IMG/VR virus record: IMGVR_UViG_3300021962_000035
Span: 57,824-121,823 of that record
Length of the DNA: 64,000 bases
From: a virus
Reading direction: 5' to 3' (one strand)
Positions 10,268 to 18,634 of the stretch are shown piece after piece; positions within the stretch are counted from its first letter, which is position 1; each line of letters begins with the position of its first letter. The translations under genes and the position numbers were made by a program. The notes beneath the pieces were generated by a model that had not been told where the DNA came from, made no database searches, and was given only the letters and a program-made list of their open reading frames with translations.

Positions 10268-10972
10268 ATGTCAGGAGAAAATAAAACGTATCTTGGTAGG
10301 GTGGTTGATATCAAGGACCCACTTTACGAGGGAAGAGCAAAGGTTGAAGTCTTCGGTATATTTGACGGACTTCCAGTTGACGATATCCCTTGGGCAGAGC
10401 AGATTGCGGGTTTATCTTTTGGTGGGGATTTTGGTGGGGGTAACCTTACCATACCTAGACTTGGCTCTATAGTGGCGGTTAATTTTGAAGGTAATAACTA
10501 CTACAAACTAAATTTCCACTACGTCAAAGAAATCTCCAAAGATCTTATGGCTGAACTTAAAGAGGAAAACTCTTATGAAGGAACCAACTCTTTAATATAT
10601 GATTCCGAGGCTCAACCTGGAACATTAAAAATGATATACACCAGGAAGAAGGGTTTAGTTTTCCAACTGGGGGATGCCACAATACAACTGGATACTCAAA
10701 ACGGAGGAACTGATAAGGAGAAGCTAAGAATAGTTGTTAAGATGAATGATGACGAGATTAGAATGGAGAAGAGCGGGGGAAAACAGAAGGTGATAGTTAA
10801 ATCTGAAAATATAGAACTCGGAGAGGGAGCTGTAGAAAAGCTAGTTTTGGGTAGCACCTTTTTGACATTCTTTAATTCACACACTCATCCAACTGGAGTT
10901 GGTCCATCTGGTGTACCTGTTGTACCGATGTCCGATCCTCAGCATTTAAGTCAAGTATCTAAAACTAAATAA
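10268..10972 (+). CDS. Baseplate spike protein (gp5/gpV-like OB fold, no lysozyme domain)
   Basis: YLGRVVDIKDPLYEGRAKVEVFG...IPWA...IPRLGSIVAVNF OB-fold; C-terminal HTH (FNSHTHPTGVGPSG) apex motif. Confidence 0.88.
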   Translation: MSGENKTYLGRVVDIKDPLYEGRAKVEVFGIFDGLPVDDIPWAEQIAGLSFGGDFGGGNLTIPRLGSIVAVNFEGNNYYKLNFHYVKEISKDLMAELKEENSYEGTNSLIYDSEAQPGTLKMIYTRKKGLVFQLGDATIQLDTQNGGTDKEKLRIVVKMNDDEIRMEKSGGKQKVIVKSENIELGEGAVEKLVLGSTFLTFFNSHTHPTGVGPSGVPVVPMSDPQHLSQVSKTK

Positions 10973-10974
10973 CA

Positions 10975-12435
10975 ATGCCAGCTGATTGGGGTACATTTAT
11001 AGCTAATGTCGGGAATAAACTTTCAGGCCAATCCATACAGGGATCTTACGATTCTGGAGGAAAGAATGTGGACGATTTTGCAACATATTTAGCTAATCAA
11101 TATGTCCTAGCTGTAGCTGGAAAAGCACAAACACCTTTTGGTAACCTTCATCAGAAGGGGAATGCTCAATTACTTACAACCGCTTTTACTCAAGCTTTTA
11201 AGCTTCTAGAAAAAGAACAAACCCCAACATTAGAGGAAAAGCTAAAAGATCCGGATTATTCAGATCTAGAAGATTCACTTCCTAATGTTAAAACTGACGA
11301 ATATCTGGATAAGTTCGATTTAGATTTTTTAGCGTGGGCTGAGTTAAATGGTGAATCAATACCAGATTTCACATATTCTATATTCTTCTCGCAATTTCCA
11401 GATTTCCCCACGACTAGAGAACAACAAGTTCTGGAGATAGCCAGAAGAATAGTTAAAAAATATGACGGTACATCTGACTACATACAATGGATCTATAGTT
11501 TAAGATTAAGTCCGGACTATCAGGAATGGTCAAAGGAAATTTCTGATAAAGCTTTAGAACTCATAAAAGGACTCGGTACCGCAGAGAGCAAGAAAATTGA
11601 AGATTTCAAAAACCTCCAGAACATAGAGATTACTAAGGAATTGTTTCAGGAAGAACATGCTAATGATCCAGAAAGAATCCCAGATTATATGGTAAAAGAC
11701 TTTATAATTAAATTCACTTACGATCAAAGATATGAGTCTGGTCTATTTAAGGCTTTTAGTGGAAATATTTCAGGCGTAAATAACCTAATTGATCGGAAAT
11801 TAGCAACTAATGTTATTCTAAAGAATCAGAACCTAGATAAGTTATTTTCTAATGACTTTTCGGGATTGGGGTTAGTTAATAAGCTGGACTCATTAAAAGT
11901 CGTACAACCAGGAACTCCTGCTTATCTTAATAGAACACTTAAATTCGCTTCTATTAAGCTCAGTAAATCTATTGCTTATGATTACGAGGCAGCTAGATTT
12001 AGAGATTTGAAGCAGAGATACATTCAGGAATTAGCGGACAAGGAGAAAAAGAATAGTGAATCTGATAATCAGAATGACCCATATTATATAATGGCAACCG
12101 GGGTTTTAGCATATTGGGCATCTACCTTACAACAGCCATTTACGCCAACTCCGCCAGTTCCCCCTTGTTTGCTTACCTTGCCTCTGGGAGGTTTTTTCAT
12201 TCCGATATACTACGGTAGCAGAAAAAGACTTGCAGATTATCTCAAAAGAGCTTTTAATAGTGGGAAAAAATTTAAAACTATTCCGGAGAGACAAATAGGC
12301 GCAAGAGTAGTTGCTTCAGCTTTAGCTTTCTCTTTTGCAGCCAATATGCTTGAATTTAAGCTCATTTATAATGGGGGTGTTCCTACAAGCGGTCCCCCAG
12401 CTCCTATGATCGGTTTTGTCCCCATTGTTTTTTAA
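10975..12435 (+). CDS. Hypothetical protein, probably structural
   Basis: 486 aa ORF 2 nt after the spike gene; no recognisable family. Confidence 0.75.
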   Translation: MPADWGTFIANVGNKLSGQSIQGSYDSGGKNVDDFATYLANQYVLAVAGKAQTPFGNLHQKGNAQLLTTAFTQAFKLLEKEQTPTLEEKLKDPDYSDLEDSLPNVKTDEYLDKFDLDFLAWAELNGESIPDFTYSIFFSQFPDFPTTREQQVLEIARRIVKKYDGTSDYIQWIYSLRLSPDYQEWSKEISDKALELIKGLGTAESKKIEDFKNLQNIEITKELFQEEHANDPERIPDYMVKDFIIKFTYDQRYESGLFKAFSGNISGVNNLIDRKLATNVILKNQNLDKLFSNDFSGLGLVNKLDSLKVVQPGTPAYLNRTLKFASIKLSKSIAYDYEAARFRDLKQRYIQELADKEKKNSESDNQNDPYYIMATGVLAYWASTLQQPFTPTPPVPPCLLTLPLGGFFIPIYYGSRKRLADYLKRAFNSGKKFKTIPERQIGARVVASALAFSFAANMLEFKLIYNGGVPTSGPPAPMIGFVPIVF

Positions 12436-12469
12436 AATAATTCCGAGCTTTTAAAGGAACTTAAGCTTG

Positions 12470-12477
12470 GATATATA
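12470..12477 (+). promoter_or_regulatory. GATATATA candidate late promoter
   Basis: Intergenic, 31 nt upstream of the S1-like gene; preceded by an imperfect hairpin at 12443-12470. Confidence 0.6.
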
Positions 12478-12508
12478 GTAAGATTAATAACTTCTTAAAC
12501 AAAAAAAT

Positions 12509-13699
12509 ATGATTGATTTTTCATCAACTAACACACCAAACTCAGACGATTTTAACTGGGACGTAAGGAATGGAAGAACTCCGAACACTAAACTCAAAAG
12601 GATTCCTAGTGGGTCTAAAATTTATTGCCACGAGCCTTATGCTCAGGAGCTTTTAGATGCTTATAATAACTATTTTGAAGGGTCTTCTTCTAATACAGTT
12701 TTCTCTAAGGATCTTGACGAGGGTAACGTTTATCCTTGCAAGATTGTATCTGTTAGCTTGAATGAAGCATTAGCTCAAACAAGTACGGGTCAAACAATTT
12801 ACATCGATCTTAAGAAGGAAAGAAAAGATGCAGATAAATTAAGAATAACTGGATTATCTTTCAATCCAGGCGACGTTTTACAAGCTAGAGTAAGAAAAAT
12901 CGGGGGTAATTACACAGGATCAGTGGTTGAATACTATATTCACAGTCTTAGAGCTGAATTATTCGAGCAGATTAAGAAAGAGTCTAGTGCATACAGCGTA
13001 AGAATTGAAAGCATCAATAAAGGTGGATACATCGTTGATCTATCGGGTATTAAATGTTTCTTACCTGGATCTTTAGCAGCTGCTAATAGAATCACTGATT
13101 TCGAATCTTATATCGGTAAAGAGCTACACGTAATGATTGAAGGTTATGTCGAAGCTAAAGATATCTTCATCGTTTCTTACAAGAAGTACCTTAACAAAAT
13201 TATGGAGAGCAAGATTCAAGAATTGGATCTTACTAAGAAATACAAAGGATATGTCACAGGAACAAGTGACTTTGGAGTATTTGTTGAATGGGAAGAAGTT
13301 TACACAGGACTCATTCACAAAACTGAATTCAGTGAAGAGCACACAATTGCTAGTGTAAATCCTGGAGACGAGATTGAATTCTACGTTAAGGAAATTAAGG
13401 ATAATAACAGATTAACATTGACACTAGAGAAACCTTTAGAGAGAAATGTTATCATACACGATCTTGATAAACAAATCAAGGACGGAACATGTGAGCCAAT
13501 CGAAGCAAAAATTAAACACAAGAGAAAAAACGGAATTTTAGTTGATCTTGTGGAATTTGGTCTTATGGCTCTTGTCCCTCAGGATAAAATTGGTAAAAAG
13601 ACCAAGAATCTTAAGCCTGGGGATGATCTACTAGTTACGGTTTATGAAGTTGAACCATCTAGCGGAAAAATCTTCGCAGAACCGGTAAATGACCGATAA
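12509..13699 (+). CDS. rpsA: Phage-encoded ribosomal protein bS1-like protein (about 4 S1 domains)
   Basis: S1 repeats (INKGGYIVDLSGIKCFLPGS; TSDFGVFVEW...GLIHKTE; GILVDL...ALVP); N-terminal DDFNWD resembles Bacteroidota bS1. Confidence 0.85.
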   Translation: MIDFSSTNTPNSDDFNWDVRNGRTPNTKLKRIPSGSKIYCHEPYAQELLDAYNNYFEGSSSNTVFSKDLDEGNVYPCKIVSVSLNEALAQTSTGQTIYIDLKKERKDADKLRITGLSFNPGDVLQARVRKIGGNYTGSVVEYYIHSLRAELFEQIKKESSAYSVRIESINKGGYIVDLSGIKCFLPGSLAAANRITDFESYIGKELHVMIEGYVEAKDIFIVSYKKYLNKIMESKIQELDLTKKYKGYVTGTSDFGVFVEWEEVYTGLIHKTEFSEEHTIASVNPGDEIEFYVKEIKDNNRLTLTLEKPLERNVIIHDLDKQIKDGTCEPIEAKIKHKRKNGILVDLVEFGLMALVPQDKIGKKTKNLKPGDDLLVTVYEVEPSSGKIFAEPVNDR

Positions 13700-15095
13700 T
13701 AGAACTCATTTTGACAAAGCGCATGCCCTTAGCTCTTCTGTAATAGGATTCGAATTTGAATTTTATACTAATTTGCTAAAGGGCAGAGCAGCGGAGTTAC
13801 TTTCTAAGCTTGTTAATAAAAAGGTAGTGGTATCCGAAAGGTACCACTCTAATATTGAGGTAGATGCAAATACTTGCAAGCTAGAGCCAGATTATTCTGG
13901 CGGGAGCAAAATGATGGAGTTTATTACTGGTCCGCTTCCTTACAATGAGGCTATCCCTATATTAATTAAGGTTCTTAATTGGATAGACGAAAATGGGTGG
14001 ACAACGGATAGATGTGCATTCCAGTTTTCTGTTAGTTTTGATAAATTCAGAAGGGATGTTAAGGATAAAATAGAGAACTTAGATAAACTTAAATTTATAT
14101 TGGGTCTTGATGAAAACCTGATCTATTCTAAATTTGGAAACAGATCAAAAAACGTTTATGCTAAATCTATAAAAAGGGTGGTTCCCAGAAATAGATTTTC
14201 TATGGTTGAAAATCTGACATCTATTGATCCTAAGATGTTTAAAGTTCCGGAGGACAAATACTACGGAGTAAATTTCACAAAAATTCCAAAGGGATATTTA
14301 GAGTTCAGATATTTAGGAAACAGAGATTATCAAAAGAAAACTAAGGACATTAGAGAAATCATAGATTACGTTATCCTTTATATGTATGATTTATTAAGTC
14401 ATAGAATATCTGGATATACCAAGGAAGATCTTTCAAAGCTTCAGGGAATGATGAACCAATACACAAAGGTTGTTAGATCATTCAGTAACCCGGATTTCTT
14501 TTTCAGAAATTTTCCAGACTTTCATATATTCGTAGATCTTAAGGGTCTAGACGAAAACATAAAAACTTATTGGTCAATTATAAGAGACAAGGTCTTTGAA
14601 ATAATCGTGGAAGGAAACGTTACTTCGGGATACTTCAACTACGACACAACCACAGGAAGATGTCAATTAAAAGATGCTAGAAGTAGAGAAGCTTTAGAAT
14701 TAAAGGATATAGATCTTATTTTATGTGACATAAAGAATGGTATAGTTAAAAATTGTAACATATACAGTTCCAAGATAAAGAAGTCTTCAGTAGAGGAGTG
14801 TTACATAGTTAATGACACTAAAGTTATATCGTCCAAGATTAAGAATTGTGTTGTAGATTTTGGAAATGAACTAGAAGATTGTTTTATAGACTGCGAGGGT
14901 AAAACCATAAACTGTAAAATAATAGAAGGAGTCTTAAGAGCTGGTAACGTTGGTGAAAATGCTGAGGTAAGCAAAGAAACGCTAAAAGTTAAAGGATGGG
15001 AAGATTTTAGAAAAGAAAGATTTATTACAGATAAAAGATTGAAGGATCTCAACGATAGATACAATAATCCAAGGTTCGGTAATATGAACTTTTAA
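13689..15095 (+). CDS. Putative amidoligase (COOH-NH2 ligase, GCS/GS fold) with C-terminal beta-helix-like repeats
   Basis: IGFEFEF, KLEPDYSG, MEFITGPL, RCAFQFSVS, KYYGVNF, YLEFRY motifs; C-terminal IKNxxVKNCNIxxSKI repeats. Confidence 0.75.
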   Translation: MTDNRTHFDKAHALSSSVIGFEFEFYTNLLKGRAAELLSKLVNKKVVVSERYHSNIEVDANTCKLEPDYSGGSKMMEFITGPLPYNEAIPILIKVLNWIDENGWTTDRCAFQFSVSFDKFRRDVKDKIENLDKLKFILGLDENLIYSKFGNRSKNVYAKSIKRVVPRNRFSMVENLTSIDPKMFKVPEDKYYGVNFTKIPKGYLEFRYLGNRDYQKKTKDIREIIDYVILYMYDLLSHRISGYTKEDLSKLQGMMNQYTKVVRSFSNPDFFFRNFPDFHIFVDLKGLDENIKTYWSIIRDKVFEIIVEGNVTSGYFNYDTTTGRCQLKDARSREALELKDIDLILCDIKNGIVKNCNIYSSKIKKSSVEECYIVNDTKVISSKIKNCVVDFGNELEDCFIDCEGKTINCKIIEGVLRAGNVGENAEVSKETLKVKGWEDFRKERFITDKRLKDLNDRYNNPRFGNMNF

Positions 15096-15111
15096 AAATA
15101 ATCGCTAAAAG

Positions 15112-15888
15112 ATGACAGAAGAAGAACTAATCCAGGAAATAGAAGATGCGCTTTCTTTTAGTTGTGCCCTCCCTTATAATCTAAACGAGCAGGAAACCAA
15201 AAGGATAATAAAGAGAGCGAGAGCATGGTTTCTTGATAACTATCAATATGCGGTAGAGGAGAGAGTTTTTGTTCTTGCAAACGCAATATTTCAGCATCCT
15301 GAATTTAGAGCAACCAGACAATTAAAGCTACCTGAATCTATAGTTACCGTTTATGACGTTAGAGAAGTTGGTGGGTATGGTATATCGGGTAACCCTGACA
15401 GGGATTTTGGTGATTCTAAATTGCTCGGATCTGAGCTTCTATTATCGCCTTTCGTAGGAGATAACCTTGTTTATCGTACAGTAATGTACTCATACTTCGA
15501 TCTAGCCAAAGCTTATTTGTTAAATAGCTTTGCTTTCAAATGGAATAAAAACAGTAAAAAACTAACTATTTTAGGTAGAGACCCAAACAGGACTGGAAAG
15601 GGGCAACTTGCTCAGGGATTTGGTGCTGGTGGGGTGGACGTATCAATTAGATGTTTCGTAGCTTTAAATGACGATGACCTCTTTGCAGACGAGCTTTTCA
15701 TCAGATATTGTATAGCCAAGGCTAAAATTGCATTGGCAAATATGCTTTCAGTTTTTACATATAACTTACCGGGTGGGGTACAGGTGAATGCAGCAGATAT
15801 AAGATCCACTGGAGAAGCAGAATTACAGGAAGTTATGGATATGATCAACGGAGAAAATACTCCAAGTTACTTCCTTCAGTGGAACTAA
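15112..15888 (+). CDS. gp13: Neck/head-completion protein, T4 gp13-like
   Basis: FIRYCIAKAKIALANMLSVFTYNLPGGVQVNAADIRSTGEAEL matches the gp13 C-terminal LPGGVxxN signature. Confidence 0.8.
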   Translation: MTEEELIQEIEDALSFSCALPYNLNEQETKRIIKRARAWFLDNYQYAVEERVFVLANAIFQHPEFRATRQLKLPESIVTVYDVREVGGYGISGNPDRDFGDSKLLGSELLLSPFVGDNLVYRTVMYSYFDLAKAYLLNSFAFKWNKNSKKLTILGRDPNRTGKGQLAQGFGAGGVDVSIRCFVALNDDDLFADELFIRYCIAKAKIALANMLSVFTYNLPGGVQVNAADIRSTGEAELQEVMDMINGENTPSYFLQWN

Positions 15889-15907
15889 TAGACTTAATTT
15901 TAATTAT

Positions 15908-15945
15908 AAACCCCTGGTTTTTAAAAATCCGGGGGTTTTTTGTTT
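15908..15945 (+). terminator. Rho-independent terminator
   Basis: AAACCCCTGG-loop-CCGGGGGTTT stem (one G-U pair) followed by a T-tract, downstream of the gp13-like stop. Confidence 0.85.
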
Positions 15946-15969
15946 ACGTTTACTGTGTTTAAAATCTGC

Positions 15970-15977
15970 GATATATA
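15970..15977 (+). promoter_or_regulatory. GATATATA candidate late promoter
   Basis: Directly after the terminator, 18 nt upstream of ATG 15996. Confidence 0.62.
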
Positions 15978-15995
15978 ATACGAAAAAAGATTCCA

Positions 15996-16367
15996 ATGAG
16001 AGAGATTTACAACAGAGATCCTTTAGATCCCAACTACAATCCATACCAGATCGAAACGTCGGATCCGGTAGAGATTTGCGTGGGTCAAATAAAAATGCTT
16101 CTCCTGACAAACAAGGGAGAAGTTTTGGGAGATCCTAAGTTCGGACTCAATCTGGAAGATCTGATATTTACACTTAATTTATCCGAAGCTAGCATAAGGA
16201 AAGAGCTCGATTTATTCCTGCAAACTTATATCCCTTTATTTAAGAAATTGGGTGGTTCATATTCGCTTAAATTTTATCAAGGGACACAAAGAGATATAGC
16301 TACACTTGATTTTAATATACCAGTTAACGGTGGATTAAGTCCGGTCGTTACACTAAGAATAACTTAA
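15996..16367 (+). CDS. gp25: Baseplate wedge subunit gp25-like
   Basis: QIKMLLLTNKGEVLGDPKFGLNLEDLIF matches the gp25 GERxxxPxFGxxL motif; directly upstream of gp6-like. Confidence 0.88.
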   Translation: MREIYNRDPLDPNYNPYQIETSDPVEICVGQIKMLLLTNKGEVLGDPKFGLNLEDLIFTLNLSEASIRKELDLFLQTYIPLFKKLGGSYSLKFYQGTQRDIATLDFNIPVNGGLSPVVTLRIT

Positions 16368-16376
16368 TATAGAGAA

Positions 16377-18101
16377 ATGAACATTTTTAAGAAAAATAAC
16401 ATCCTGATTAACGGTCTATTAAATGACACGTTTACTTTTTTGCAGGACACATATAACCAAACGGCTAATTTATTTACCGTTGCATCTGCATGGGGACAAA
16501 TACTATTTGTTCTCCAGAATCTTTCTCAGATGATCTTATATTTCATTGAGGATTCAATCACTGAGCTTAACATGGAGCAAGCAACTAGAGATTACTCAGT
16601 CAGAAGTTTAGCTAGAATAGCTGGGTATGACCCAGGAAGAGCTTCTGCTGCTCAGGGAGAAGTTACGCTTTCATGGAACAGGAGAGAATCTGATGTTGGC
16701 GGAAGTGCGGTCATAATAAACAATAACGCTTTAATAAGATGCCAAGAAAATGGTAAAGTCTATGCTTTAGTTTTTGGTTCATCTAGAGTAACCATTCAGC
16801 TTAGCGGAAGTTATCCTGCATTGAGAACTAAAATAGCTCAGGGAGAATTTCAGACATCCGTTGTTACCGGTACAGGTAACGCTCTCCAAAGTTTCAATCT
16901 ACCTTCAAGCACTGGTGCTTATCTAGACCAATTTTATGTTAACGTTTATGTAAACGAGGAGAAATGGAGAAGATATGATTCACTATATGACATACCTCTA
17001 AATGGAAAGGGATTCATGGTAAGAACAGGGATTCAAGAAGGCCTTGATATTTATTTCGGTAATTCTAACTTTGGTATGATCCCTCAGAGAGGATCAAGGA
17101 TAAGAATAGAATATTTACAGACATCGGGTTCTTCAGGAAATGCGAATTCTACAAAAGATAAGGGTCTAACCTATAAATTCGTTACAACAGGAACAGATCT
17201 ATTTGGTAAAGAAGTTGATTTAAACAATTACCTGGATATCTCTAACCAGATCGATCCTTCTTTTGGTACAAATCCGGAATCTATAAACCTCATAAGACTA
17301 GTTGCTCCGAAAACAAGTAGATCCTTCGTTTTTGCAAATGCACAGAACTATGAGATATTCTTAAATAAATTGGGAATATTTTCACAGATCCAAGCATTCT
17401 CCACTTTCGATGACGAGTATCTGGATGATGATAACGTTATTTACATTTTCTTGGTACCTGATATAACACTAAACATTTCTTCTAATGAGGATTATTTCGA
17501 TATACCGGTATCTAATTTCCTTCTTACGACTGCACAGAAAAACAAGGTTATAAATCTTATAGAGGATTCAGGTTCAATGATAGCAACAACCGTTGTTAAA
17601 ATTGTCGAACCTACTGTAGCTAGATTTGTAGGTAATGCGGTTATAACAATGTTTGAGGGATATGATCCTGAAACGATCCGACAAGCTATAAGAAAGAAAA
17701 TTTCAGAATACATGCTGAATCTTAAAAGAAGAGATTTTATACCTAAGTCTGACATGATTGCTTTAATTGAATCTGTAGAGGGTGTGGATTCAGTTTCCTT
17801 CTATTTCGTTGGGGAAGCAAATGAAAAGAATCAGCAGCTTATGAGTGGATTAAGCAACGTTAGTCAGGAGCAATTACAGCAACAGGTTGGATTAAATGAA
17901 TTTGGTGATATAATTATAGGAAGAAATCAATTGGTAGTTCTTAGAGGTGGATGGACGGATAGAAACGGAACAGAATATCAGACTGGTATAGTTACAGGTA
18001 AACCTGGACCTTTAAATATAAGCATATCTAAAGTGGTTCCGATGAATTTTAACATGTCTCTAAATTCAGAGATGAAAGCTCAACTTATAAGCAATAAATA
18101 A
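16377..18101 (+). CDS. gp6: Baseplate wedge subunit gp6-like (baseplate J family)
   Basis: LARIAGYDPGRASAAQG, DIYFGNSNFGMIP, IEYLQTSGSSGN, AQNYE motifs. Confidence 0.88.
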   Translation: MNIFKKNNILINGLLNDTFTFLQDTYNQTANLFTVASAWGQILFVLQNLSQMILYFIEDSITELNMEQATRDYSVRSLARIAGYDPGRASAAQGEVTLSWNRRESDVGGSAVIINNNALIRCQENGKVYALVFGSSRVTIQLSGSYPALRTKIAQGEFQTSVVTGTGNALQSFNLPSSTGAYLDQFYVNVYVNEEKWRRYDSLYDIPLNGKGFMVRTGIQEGLDIYFGNSNFGMIPQRGSRIRIEYLQTSGSSGNANSTKDKGLTYKFVTTGTDLFGKEVDLNNYLDISNQIDPSFGTNPESINLIRLVAPKTSRSFVFANAQNYEIFLNKLGIFSQIQAFSTFDDEYLDDDNVIYIFLVPDITLNISSNEDYFDIPVSNFLLTTAQKNKVINLIEDSGSMIATTVVKIVEPTVARFVGNAVITMFEGYDPETIRQAIRKKISEYMLNLKRRDFIPKSDMIALIESVEGVDSVSFYFVGEANEKNQQLMSGLSNVSQEQLQQQVGLNEFGDIIIGRNQLVVLRGGWTDRNGTEYQTGIVTGKPGPLNISISKVVPMNFNMSLNSEMKAQLISNK

Positions 18102-18631
18102 TGGAAAAATTTTCACCTTTCTTCCCCGATCTAAAGAAGGATATTAATTATACGGTATCCGGAATAAAACCCCGTACCAATAATACAACTTTCTATAACT
18201 CTAAGGATGCTTATCCTACACAGGCTCTTGCTGAGGATAGAGCAATTAACATAGGATGCTCTGGCTATCGAAGAATCATAGTTAGCGGCACAGGCGAATA
18301 TAAATTTTCACCTTGCTCTGATGCTAATGAATATAAAACAATTATGAAAGCTATGCCTAAGATTCCGGTTGAGAGAAGGTATTACGAATATGATCCGACA
18401 TCAAATATCTATGATATAAGGGATAGCTTTAATGACAATCTCTATAATGGTTTCGAATATAAAGATCAAATATTAAAGAGATCTTTAGCTAATGCTATGT
18501 ACAGAGATCCCATTAAAGAAGCAATACTGGGTTACTTCAATAGAGTAGTTTTTGGGTTGATCGAAACAACAAAGCAAATTAAAAATTTTGTTAACTATAC
18601 AGTTAAGAAAAACAACAGAAGAGTTTTTTAA
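18101..18631 (+). CDS. Hypothetical baseplate-region protein with a small Cys-containing (DUF3721-like) module
   Basis: YPTQALAEDRAINIGCSGY...FSPC pattern. Confidence 0.6.
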   Translation: MEKFSPFFPDLKKDINYTVSGIKPRTNNTTFYNSKDAYPTQALAEDRAINIGCSGYRRIIVSGTGEYKFSPCSDANEYKTIMKAMPKIPVERRYYEYDPTSNIYDIRDSFNDNLYNGFEYKDQILKRSLANAMYRDPIKEAILGYFNRVVFGLIETTKQIKNFVNYTVKKNNRRVF

Positions 18632-18634
18632 AGT

